From NCBI GenBank assembly GCA_026936335.1, contig JAPMXV010000057.1, positions 299,437-363,436 on the forward strand: a stretch of 64,000 nt of DNA, written 5' to 3'. Below are positions 48,954 through 59,913 of this stretch, piece by piece. Source of the DNA: Mantamonas sphyraenae STR306 (taxonomy: Eukaryota; Protista; CRuMs). The stretch's first letter is position 1. The number at the start of each line of letters is the position of its first letter. The notes beneath the pieces were generated by a model. The model made no database searches and was not told the DNA's origin. It was given only the letters and a program-made list of their open reading frames with translations. The position numbers were made by a program, and so were the translations under genes.

Positions 48954-49042
48954 CGTGCAGTAAACAATTGAAAGTGGATGGGATGCGGGCGCGAGGCCAC
49001 CTTTTCTGGCGCTGGGAGTGGGGTTGAGGCAGGGGAAGAGAG

Positions 49043-51992
49043 ATGCGGTGGATCGAGTGCTTGCAAGGGACATTCTTTGTGTTGTTGGTGGCCAACCTGG
49101 TTGTGATTGCGGTTGTGCCGTGGCCGGCGCCCGGACGCAGCCACCATCAAGAAGAAAGAGAAGGGAAGATGAGCAGCATTACGGAATCATCTGACTCTAG
49201 CAACTCGGGCCGCTTTGTGCTGCCCACGAATGTGAAGCCGTCGCACTATGACCTGACACTGAACGTGGACCTGGAGACGTTCAAGTGCCCCGGGTCTGTG
49301 TCTGTGGCAGTGGAGGTTGTGGAGGACACACACCTGGTGCTGCTGAACGCCAAAGAGCTGACGGTGTCTGCGGCAGCGTTTGTGGCAGATGGCGAGAGCG
49401 AGGCGGTGCAGGCAAGCAGCGTGGATCTGCTGCCCAAGGACGAGCGGCTGCAGCTGACGTTTGACGAGAAGCTGAAGGCCGGCACAAACGGTGTGCTGAC
49501 GATCCAGTTTGAGGCGACGCTGAACGACCAGCTGGCAGGCTTCTACAGGTCTTCGTTCGAGCGTGACGGCAAGCAGCGGTGAGTTTTTTCGCGGGGGCGG
49601 GGGTTACACGGTTTTTCCGGAATCCCTCTCTCTCGGGATTCCGGCTTGGGTCGGGAAGCGTGCATGCGGGAGCGAGAGACGGGCGGGAGGTGGCGAGGGA
49701 GCGGGGGCTGGCAACAGCGACTGACAGTGGGTGTGTGGTGTTTGCAGATGGATGGCGACGACGCAGTTTGAGCCTGCGGACGCACGACGTGCTTTCCCGT
49801 GCTGGGACGAGCCGGCTGTGAAGGCGACGTTCAGCGTGACGCTGGTGGTGCCTGAGGACCGGGTGGCGGTGTCGAACATGCCTGTGGTGGAGGAGGTGGC
49901 AAACGAGAAGGACAAGACACGCACGGTGACGTTTGAAAAGACGCCGATCATGTCGACGTACCTGCTGGCGTTTGTGGTGGGCGACTTTGAGTACGTGGAG
50001 GCGACGACGGAGAAGGGAGTGGTGTGTCGCGTGTACACGCCAGAGGGCAAGAAGGCACAGGGCACGTTTGCGCTGGACGTGTGCACCAAGACTCTGGACT
50101 TTTTCAGCGAGTACTTTGACATTGCGTACCCGCTGCCCAAGATGGACATGCTGGCGATCCCGGACTTTGCGGCAGGAGCCATGGAGAACTGGGGCTGCGT
50201 GACGTACCGCACGACGGCGCTGCTGGTGGACGCGGCGTCAAGCAGCGCGGCACAGAAGCAGCGTGTGGCTTACGTGGTGGGCCATGAGCTGGCGCACCAG
50301 TGGTTTGGGAACCTGGTGACGATGGAGTGGTGGACGCACTTGTGGCTGAACGAGGGATTTGCGACGTGGGTGGGCACGCTTGCGGTGGACAACGTGTACC
50401 CGGATTACGAGATCTGGAAGCAGTTTGTGCATCACGACGTGGGCTCGGGCCTGAAACTGGACGGCCTGCTGTCGTCGCACGCAATCGAGGTGGACGTGAA
50501 CTACGCGCACGAGATTGACGAGATCTTTGACGCCATCTCGTACGAAAAGGGGGCGTCTGTGATCCGCATGCTGGTGTACTACATTGGAGAGGAGTCGTTC
50601 AAGACGGGCATTCGCAACTACCTGAAAAAGTTTGCGTACGGGAACGCAGAGACGGGAGACCTGTGGGCGGCGCTGGAGGAGGCGAGCGGCAAGCCTGTGG
50701 GAGAGGTGATGGAGACGTGGACGCGCCAGATGGGCTACCCTGTGCTTAGCGCATCGCTGAGTGGAGTGCAGCCTCCTGAGGATGACAAGGTGTGCGTGGA
50801 CCTGAAGCAGGAGCGGTTTGTGGCGTCGGGTGCAGGAGATCTGACCGAGGAGCTTGCACAGCGCTGGAAGATCCCTGTGGGCTTTGTGGGCACGGATGAG
50901 ATCACCCTGTTGCAGGAGGAGAGCAAGACGATGGTGCTGACAGGACAGGGGGACAACGGATGGGTCAAGGCGAACCCGAAGCGCAGCGGGTTCTTCCGCA
51001 CGCTGTACTCGGAGGGCCTGCTGAACCGACTGATTCCAAACGTGCAGTCGCTGGACGTGGAGGACCGTGTGGAGCTTGCAGCGGACGTGGAGGCGCTTGC
51101 GCAGGGCGGTTACCTGAGCACGACGAGCGGACTGGAGCTGCTGCTGGACGGGTTCCGGGGAGAGACGGAGTACACGGTGTGGGCAGGCATCAGCTCGTCG
51201 CTGGGGTCGATCCGTTCTGCGTGGAGCAACGAGGGAGAGGACTACGACGCGCTGGTGGCCCTGATGGGAGGCGTGTACAAGAGTGTCTTCCCGTCGCTGG
51301 GCTGGGAGGCAAGTGACACGGACAACCACTCGACGGCGCTGCTGCGTTCGCTGGTGCTGCACGGCCTGGTGGTGGCAAAGGACGAAGAGATCATCGAGCA
51401 GGCAAAGAAGCGATTCGCAGAGTTTGTGGCGACGGAGGACGAGGAAGCACGCAACGCGGTGCTGCCTGCAGACCTGCGCGGCGCTGTGTACACGGCGGTG
51501 GTTGCCAACGGAGGCGAGGAGGCATACAACCAGATGCTGAGCCTGTACCAGAACACGGACTCGCAAGAGGAGAAGATCCGCTGCCTGCGGGGTCTGTGCT
51601 CGGCAAAGGAGGAGTCCCTGATCCAGAGGACGCTGGATTGGTCGCTGTCGGAGGAAGTGCGTTCGCAGGACACGATCTACGTGACAGCAAGCCTGGGGAG
51701 CAACCGGGCGGCGAAGGAGGCCAACTGGCAGTTCCTGCAGGACAAGTGGAGTGTGTACCAGGAGCGATACGGCACGGGCGCGTTTATGCTGGGCAACTTT
51801 GTGAAGTACAGCGTGACGGGCTTTGTGGGCGAGGAGAAGCTGAAGGAGATCAAGGCGTTCTTTGAAGACAAGGATCTGAGCGGCATCCAGCGTGCGCTGA
51901 ACCAGGCGTTGGAAGTGGTGGAGGTGAACACAAAGTGGGTGGAACGCGAACGCGAGAGCGTGAAGGAGTGGCTGGCGAGCAAGAAGGAATGA
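49043..51992 (+). CDS. NPEPPS: M1 aminopeptidase (puromycin-sensitive aminopeptidase/Ape2-like), 2 exons
   Basis: Intron 49579-49747 (GTGAGT..CTGAC..TTGCAG). TQFEPADARRAFPCWDEP, GAMENWG, HELAH..NE and ISYEKG. Alternative ATG at 49169. Confidence 0.93.
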
Positions 51993-51996
51993 TGGG

Positions 51997-52849
51997 TCAG
52001 GAAGGGGTCGTTTGTTGGAGGGAAATGGAGACAAAGTTGTGCTCGATGTGTTCGATGGGGGTGATGAGGGAGGGGGGAGGAGTTGGAGTTGGAGGAGGAG
52101 GAGGAGGAGGAGGAGGATGATGATGAGGTGTCTTGGATCCAGTCGAAGGAGTCGTATAGATGTTCCGAAACGTGTGCGAGGAGGACAAAGGTGCCGTGGA
52201 AGTTTCCGTCCTGGCCGCGAGGCAGGGGAGAGGAGGAGGATTCGAGAGAGTTGATGGAGTTGACGAGGGAGATGAGTTTGTCCTTGAGGTCGTCCATGTG
52301 GGAGAGGAGGTCGTCGTGGTCAAGGCCTAGCTTTTCGTGGAGGGCGGTGGACGTGGTGGACGTGGTGGAGGAGGAGGTGGTGGTGGTGGTTCTGGATGTG
52401 GTGCTGGAGGAGGAGGAGGAGGAGGAGGAGGTGACGGTGGACTTCCAAAAGTCGTGGAAGCCGTCGAGGAGGTCGAGGGTGAAGGCGTAGTTCTCGAGAT
52501 CAAGGCCTTGCTCGTCTTTGATGTGGAGAGAGAGTTTGTGGAGCTGTCTGTTCTCGAGCCATGCCTGTGCATCTTGCATGGCGTTGTGGATGTACTCGTT
52601 GAGGGTTGGATGGCGTGATGCGTGGGTGATGACGCGGCCAAAGAGTTGGCGTTTTTCAAAGAGCGCTGGGGAGAAGGGGTGTCAGTGCGGGTGGGGTCGG
52701 GGTGTCGGCGGAAGTCGGGGACAAGAGAGTGCGGGTCGGACGGTGGGTGAACAATGCGACGTACAGGCCGGGTAGACTTCGCGAATGTACAGGATTTGGT
52801 GGACACAAGCCTCGATTAGGTGGCAGAGGGCCTCTTCGGGGCTGGTCAT
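51997..52849 (-). CDS. REV7: HORMA protein REV7/MAD2L2, 2 exons; probable frameshift near 52073
   Basis: IEACVHQILYIREVYPA|SLFEKRQLFG..SRHPTLNEYI. Intron 52764-52666. A REV7-like C-terminal strand (SLITPIEHI..ISLQQ) lies in a shifted frame. Confidence 0.82.
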
Positions 52850-52969
52850 GGTGGGAAGAGGTGGTAAAGAGGGAGGAGGGAGGGAGGAGGAGGGAGGAGG
52901 AAATGGGGCGGGTCGGGGATGGGGAGTGCGGCGGCACAGGCAAAACAAAAGGGACCTGGGTTGTTCAAG

Positions 52970-55900
52970 ATGTCGCTGTTTGACCTGAATGACGCGTACG
53001 ACGTGGACGTGGACCAGTTTGTGATTGAGGACGACGGGTTCCTGGGTGGAGACGAGTTTGGGCAGGTGGACACGTACGTGGATGTGGACGACGACGGGCG
53101 GTTTGCAGAGCCAAACCAGATCTTGCCGAGGCGAGACGAGCACGCGTTGTTTGGAGTGTACCCCATGCAGTTGCCGGGGTTCAACGGATGCGCCTACATG
53201 GCCATTAGCGACGACACGATTGTTTACGCGCACCCGAACAAGCCGCTGATCACGTATGTGCGCTTGTCGAACGTGGACATGCCAAAGGGTAAGTGTAGTT
53301 TGGCCATTCCCTCTCGCCGGGAGGCAGGGCCAGGGGACTGGATGGACGTGCGGGGACGAGGGCCAGAGGGCGTGCACGTGGGCTGGAGAGAGTGACGAAT
53401 GGGGGGAGGGAGGGAGGGAGTCGGGAGGGTGTGGCTTGAAGCATGTGGTGCTGACAAAGAGCGGCGCGGGGACGGCCGTCGTGCGCGCAGACGTGGTGGT
53501 GACAAAGTCGCAGGACACGGTGGAGCGGCTGTTTGTGGATCCATCCGCATGCCACTGCTTGGTGTCGATGACGTCGGGCGAACTATACTACGTAAACTGG
53601 AAGGCAAAGAAGCCCGTGGCCAAGAGCGTGTCGCCAAAGCAAAAGATGCCCGTGTACGCGGTGGCGTGGAGCGTGGAGCAGCCGACGAGCAGCGTGACGG
53701 GAGAGATCCTGCTGGGTACGGATGGCCACGTGTACGAAACGGTGATCAACGACCACCACAAAGTCAGCTATCTCAAGTCTGTGTTTACGGTGGAGGGCAA
53801 CGCCCCGGTGACGGGACTGCATCTTGAGCGGTACCCAGAGGGCCACATGGACGACGACGAAGTGGTGGACGAACGGGTGCTGGTGATGGCAGCGACGCCC
53901 ACTCGGCTGTACGACTTTGTGGGTGTGCCGGATGCACGCGGAGGGCACGGAGGCGCAGTGTACGCGAGTGTGTTTTCGTCGGCCACACAGTCGTTCCAGG
54001 ACATGCCGTCTGCAGACAAGCCGCACAGCGTGCTGCGGACATTCAGCAAGTGGGGCTCTGTGAGCGAATCGTTCTGCTGGACGAACGCGTTTGGCGTGTT
54101 TCACGGTTCGCTGACGTTTGACGAGAGCGACCGGGCGGTGACGGACACGGACATGGTGCCGTTCCCAAAGGTGAACAAGGTGGAAACGCCGGCAAGCGAC
54201 ATCTTGCTGACGCAGTTCCACTTTTTCATGCTGTACGACGAGCGGATTGTGGCTGTGTGCCACCTGAACAAAAAGGTGGTGCACAGCGTGCCGCTTCCGC
54301 GGCAGATGGCCGGATGGCGCAAGGGGCTTGCGCTGGACCCGGTGACCAAGATGTTGTGGATGTACTCGGACACGGGCATTTTCGAGGTTGTGGTGAGCGA
54401 GGAGGACCGGGACATGTGGCAGCTGTTTCTGGAGAACGAAGAATTCGAAAAGGCGTATCGTCAGTGCACGGAAAAGTGGCAGCGCGAAAAGGTGCTTGTG
54501 GCCAAGGCAGAGTGGCACTTTGGGCGTGAGGAGTACACGGACGCGGCACGGACGTACAGCAAGTGCGAGGAGGTGACGTTTGAGAGCGTGGTGCTGAAGT
54601 TTGTGGAGGCGGGCGAGTACGCGTCGCTGAAGCTGTACCTGGACGCCAAACTGGCGGGCCTGGAGGAGGAGCACCTGACGCAGAAGCTTGCGCTGTGCAC
54701 GTGGCTGTGCGAGTACTTTTTGAACGCGCTGAACGTGGCAGCGTTTGCGAACGAGGAGGGCCGTGAGTCTGCGGCGTACACGAGCCTTCAGGAGGCGTTC
54801 CGTGCGTTTCTGGAGAAGCACCACAAGAGCTTGGACCCGCGCACGACGGTGCACCTGTTCAAGTCGTTTGGGGCAACGGAGGAGCTGCTGAACTACAACA
54901 TGTTGGTGGAGAACTACGGGCAGGTGATGGCGCACCACATCCAGGCGGGAGACCACCTTGCAGCGCTGCGAGTTTTGCGACGGCAGGTGCGGAAGGAGGT
55001 GGAGGCGGGCCTGCGTCCGCCGGACCTGTTTTACCGGTTTGCGGCAGTGTTTGTGAGCACGGTGCCGTTCCAAACGGTGGAGCTGTGGAAGCGGTGCACG
55101 TTTCTGGACGCACGCAAGCTGCTGCCTGCGCTGATGAAGTACGACGTGGGGGCCAATCCGGACGGGGTGGAGGAGAACATGGCGATCGAGTACCTGCAAG
55201 ACGTGGTGCGTCGCAACGAGGACCCGCTGGTACACAACTTTCTGATTATGCTGTACGCACAGCAGAAGGACGACCTGATGCTGTTGAACTTTATCGACAC
55301 AGAGGCGCACGACCAGTGCTTCGACCCTCAGTTTGCTTTGCGCGTGTGCTACGAGAACAACAAGCTCGAGGCGTGCGTGTACATCTATCGGCGCATGCAG
55401 CTGTACGAAGAGGCGGTGGATCTGGCGTTGACGGTGGGGCTGGAGCTGGCCAAGATGTGTGCAGAGTATCCGCCGTTTGAGGACGACCAGAAGAAGCTGT
55501 GGCTGAAGATTGCGCGGCATGTGATTGAAGAGCAGGGAGATATTGCGGGGGCAATTGAGATTGTGTCGCAAAAGAGCTTCCTGGACATTGAGGACATCCT
55601 GCCGTTCTTCCCAGACACGGTGCTGATCGACGACTTTCAGGAGCAGATCTGCGAGAGCTTGAACTCGTACAACAGCAACATCGACGTGCTGAAGCAGGAC
55701 ATGAAGGAGTCGACAGCATCGAGCGAGGAGATTCGCAAGGATATCAAGCGGCTGAGGCTGAAAAGTGGAACGGTGGTGGAAAACCAGCGGTGCGAGCTGT
55801 GCGGGCAGGCGGTGTTGACGCGCAAGTTTTACCTGTTTCCGTGCCAGCATGTGTTTCACACGGACTGCATGTCGCGGGAGATGGTAAAACACATGTCGAG

Positions 55901-56207
55901 ACACCAGCGGGGGCGTCTGGACGGAATGTTGCGCCAGTGCGCGCAGCAGGAGGAAACACTTGGGCTGCTGGCAAAGAACAGCGAGGGAGCGCGTATGGCG
56001 CAGCGGGAAAAGGATAGGCTGCAGGGGGAAATCGACGAGATAGTGGCGTCGTCGTGCTTGTACTGCGGCGAGGTGATGCTGTCGAGCATCGACGAGCCGT
56101 TCATCGGGCTGGACGAGTACGAGGAGGAAGCCAAGTGGACGGTGGATTGGAGGGATTTCCGCTTTGAGAGCAATGCGTTGTGGGGCGAAACGACGGCATA
56201 TGAGTGA
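52970..56207 (+). CDS. VPS18: Vacuolar protein sorting 18 (PEP3), 2 exons
   Basis: Intron 53289-53490. LFVDPS..H, ATPTRLY, LTQFH, EDRDMW, KKLWLKIARH, IEDILPFFPD and a C-terminal RING (FPCQHVFH..C..CLYCG). Confidence 0.95.
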
Positions 56208-56231
56208 ACGAAGGAATGCAGACGGGTTTGT

Positions 56232-57751
56232 TCATGTCCAGGTGGGAAGCCAGCGCATGGCGGCATGGCGCTCCGGGGTGATGGAAAGGCCGTAGGTCCA
56301 CGGGGCAAAGTAGACAAAGGTGGCGCCGATAGCCAAGATGAGGGTCAGGGTGACGGCAATGCGCAGCCAGGCTCGTTCGGTGCCACGGATGAGCCAGTCG
56401 TACATGAGTCCCGTGATGAGCATGGCGTGGTAGAGGGCGAGGGCGTAGTGGTAGTTCCAGGCGGGTCGTTCGACAAGGACAAAGGGGAGAAAGTTGAAGA
56501 GGAAGCCCGCGAAAAACAGGTAGCCGTGGCGAGAGAGTGGAGTGTCTGTGGGAGGGAGGCAGGGGTGGTTAGTGTGTGGCGGAGACGGGAACGGGCAGAG
56601 GGCAGGGTACACTGACCAGAGGCGGGCTTGGCAAAGGGCATCTGTTGGAGGAGAAAGAGAAAGGGCCAGAGGACAAGGCAGGCTGTGGTGAGCCACCAGA
56701 CGACAGGGTTGCCGAGGAGGTAGATGTGGCGCTGCTCTTCCCACTTGGTCCACATGGAAAGACCCTTGAGAACAAAGGGCCAAGTGTAGTACTTGGAGGC
56801 CCACGGGTGCTCGATGCGGATGCCGGCACTGGCAGCAAACATGGTCTGGTGCAACTCTACCATCTTGGCAAAAAGGGACATGGAGCCCGCGGGCTGCTGG
56901 CCTGGTTGGTCGACGAGGGTGTCGCGGAAGTCATCGGTCATAAAGGCGTCACCGGAGCCGTGGTACGGGAGGAGGTGGAAGTGGAGGTACCAGGAGGCGA
57001 CATAGATGAGGGCGGCGACGCCGAGAGAGAGGAGAGCGCGGTAAAGCATGTCGAGGAGGACGCGGGCGGAGGAGCGGCGCTTGCCAGGGTCGGTGGCAAT
57101 GAAGAGGCCGTGGAGAAAGTCGATGCCGACGACAGCGACGGTGGCAGCAGCCGTCCACTTGACGCTGACGCAGGCGCCGAGGGCGACGCCGGTGGCGAGG
57201 AGAGATGCAAACCAGGAGGAGGTAAAAGGACGGGTGGTGTGGTTGAGGATGAGGGAAAACATGATGGCGGCCGAAGTGAATGTGTAGAGAAAGGCGTCTG
57301 TGACGATGATGCGGCCCTGGCCGACAAAGAGGTTGTCAAAGAGAACGAGGGCAGCGGTGAAGATGCTGGCCTCGTTGGTCATGTGCATGGCACGTGCAGA
57401 GATGTAGGCGACGGGCACCTGGAGGGCAGAGGCAGCAGCCGGGAGAGAGCGGAGTTTGACGTACATGTCGTCGGGGTAGGCGTTGGAGATTGTGGTGAAG
57501 TTGTAATTGGCGGTGTAGCCGACGGAATGGCCGAGGGCAGAGAGCATGAGCTTGCCCAGGGGAGGGTGGATGTCAAAGAAGTGGACGCCCGAGAGGTAGC
57601 CGTTTGTGAAGCCGCCAAAGTGGACTTCGTCAAAGACGACTTCGTTGGGATGGTCGAGCTTGTAGAAGCGTGTGGCGAGCGCAGCTGTGGTGAGGACAAT
57701 GAGCCAGATACCAGCGTTGCGGAATGGAGAAGAGGTGGAAGGCGGCGCCAT
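56232..57751 (-). CDS. PMT: Protein O-mannosyltransferase (GT39), lacking the MIR domain, 2 exons
   Basis: VVFDEVHFGGF, FFDIHPPLGKL, SVKW, HPWASKYYTWP, YLLGNP and YHYALAL. Intron 56616-56546 (GTCAGT..CTAAC..CACAG). Confidence 0.92.
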
Positions 57752-57805
57752 GGTGGAGGGTTGGGGTGTGCGGAATGGCGCGGGCGCGGGCAAAGCAAAA
57801 GGGGG

Positions 57806-58336
57806 ATGCGCGTGGTCGTGGCAATTGGAGACGAGGTGGGCGCGGAGAAAGAGGAATGGAAGCCAGCTAGCGAGGGAATGCGCAGGCGGAGCAGCTACAG
57901 CTTTGAAGTGGAAGAGGAGGCGGCAGCGTGGTGTGAGAAGGAGCGGGAGGTGTTGGCGGAGCAGGAACGCGCGCGGGAGAGCGGGATGGCACGGTTCAGG
58001 GAGCTGGTGAGGGAGAGGGAGGCAGTGGAGGAAGAGGGTGTGGAGGAGGATGAGTTTGAGGAGGAGGGACAGCGTGTGGAGGAGCTGAAACGGCGGGTGC
58101 CCGCGCGTCCGGTGCCGGCGAGACCTGAGGAGGATGGAGGGGATGGAGGGGATGGGGAGGGTGATGCGTTGTTGGCGTGGGCGTATGCTCAGGTGGATGG
58201 GGAGGAAAGGGCAAGGGAGGTGGTGGGGAAAGTGCGGGTGTTGATGGAAATGGGAATCGGCCGGGAGGCGGCGAAAGAGGCGCTGCAGAACGGCGGGTGG
58301 GATTTGGAGAGGGCGATTGCACGGTGCGTCGGGTGA
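57806..58336 (+). CDS. Small UBA-domain protein, possibly UBAP1-like (UMA + UBA; ESCRT-I)
   Basis: C-terminal UBA LMEMGIGREAAKEALQNGGWDLERAI. N-terminal VAIGD...YSFEVE resembles the UMA YDFSLE motif. Confidence 0.65.
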   Translation: MRVVVAIGDEVGAEKEEWKPASEGMRRRSSYSFEVEEEAAAWCEKEREVLAEQERARESGMARFRELVREREAVEEEGVEEDEFEEEGQRVEELKRRVPARPVPARPEEDGGDGGDGEGDALLAWAYAQVDGEERAREVVGKVRVLMEMGIGREAAKEALQNGGWDLERAIARCVG

Positions 58337-58651
58337 AGGGGGAGCGGGGGAGAGGGGTTGGGGGGGAAGGGAGGGGCGGGGGGGGGGAAGGGAGAGGGGG
58401 AAGAGGGAGAAGGGGAAGAGGGTGGGAAGGCGAGGGAGGAGAGAGGGTGGGAAGGTTGGGTGACACTGTCGGATGAGATGATGGTGCTGGTGGAGGCAGG
58501 GGCAGACTTGAACGCGTGGTTGCGTGAGGAAAAACGAGGCGCTGGGTGGGCCAGGTTTTGCAAGGGTAGGAGAGGGAGAGGGAGGAGCTGTGGAGGCAGA
58601 GGGAAGAAGGGAGGAGCTGACATGGAATGAATGATGCGTGCAAGCCACAGG

Positions 58652-59884
58652 ATGACCACTGAGGGCTCAGAGAAGGATCTGTGGCGGTTCCTTCTCGAGA
58701 AGAAGGACCATGAGTCGATTGAGCGCTTGATGAAAGCACAGGGAGTGGTATGGTAGAGAGGAGCTGGGATGGTGACGGTGTTGATGTTTTCATACTGACG
58801 CGGGTGGCAGAGCTTGAACTTGCTCAACGCTGGAATCGGTGCTGAAGCGGCGGTGGAGCTCGCCAGATGCCTCAAATGGAACTCAAACGTGACGAATCTG
58901 ACCCTTTCGGGAAACAACATTGGATATGCAGGCGTGGTTGCGCTGTCAAAGGCATTGGAGACAAACACGTCGCTTCGGTGGTTGTCGATTGATCGAAACG
59001 AACTGGGGGCCGCCGCGATTGAAGCGGTAGCACATGCGTTGGGGAGGAACGACACGTTGTGGATATTGGATGTCAGCGAGTGCAAAGTGGGGGACACAGG
59101 GGCGGTGGCGCTAGGGAGAGCGCTGGGAGCGAATCGTTCGCTGACTCACCTGTGGCTGAAGGGGAACGACGTCGGCCCGGCAGGCGCGGAGGAGCTGGCA
59201 ATGGGTTTGGAGGTGAACCAATCATTGAAGGAACTACGTTTGAGCGAGAACGCGATCGGGGACGTCGGGGCGGAGTGGTTTGCAAGGGCGCTGAAAGCGA
59301 ACAGAACGCTGCAGAAATTGAACGTGGAACTGAACCAGATTCGGACACGTGGAGGTGTCGCTTTGGAGGAAGCAATGCAAGAGAACAAATCATGCTGGGA
59401 GCTCGTGGGGTTAAGCGGCGGCATGTTGGAGGCAGAACTGGAACGGAACCGGGAGGCCGCGGAGGCGTTTGTTGACGCCGCGGAAAAAGGGAACGTGTGG
59501 ATGATGGAAAAGATGAGGAACTGGGGTGTTCCTGTGGACGCAGCACCAGGATTTTGTGGACGGAATGCGCTGGAGGCGGCAATGGAAAATGACAGGGACG
59601 ACATTGTGGAGTTGCTGAGGGTTTGGCAAGCAACACCTCGAGCTCAGACGGAGACGAGAGTCAGGAGGAAGAGTTGGAGAAAGGGCCTGCATTGGATTGG
59701 GGGCAGTGGAGAATTGGATAGGGCGATGGAGGTGGCGTTGGTGATGAACGGGGAGGAGAGGGAGGCAATGTTTGAGTGTGGAGGGATGGAGGAGTATGTG
59801 GAGGAGAGAGGGTGGGAAGGGTGGGTGACACTGCCGGATGAGGTGATGGAGAGGGTGATTGGGTGGGTGGGGAAGGGTTGGTGA
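58652..59884 (+). CDS. Subtelomeric RI-type LRR + ankyrin + C-terminal F-box-like protein, 2 exons
   Basis: Exon 58652-58747 (in-frame ATG also at 58631). Intron 58748-58810 (GTATGG..TACTGAC..GCAG). About 7 LRRs of 28 aa, ANK GRNALEAA..DIVELL, and terminal TLPDEVMERVIGWV. Confidence 0.75.
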
Positions 59885-59913
59885 GTTGGAAGGTGTGGGA
59901 ATGAAGGGCTGGT

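Noticed and set aside
3825-52090. Genome-wide programmed frameshifting or insertional editing to explain four frameshifts
   Set aside because: There is no shared slippery motif or direction. All lie in short homopolymer or dinucleotide runs typical of long-read errors.
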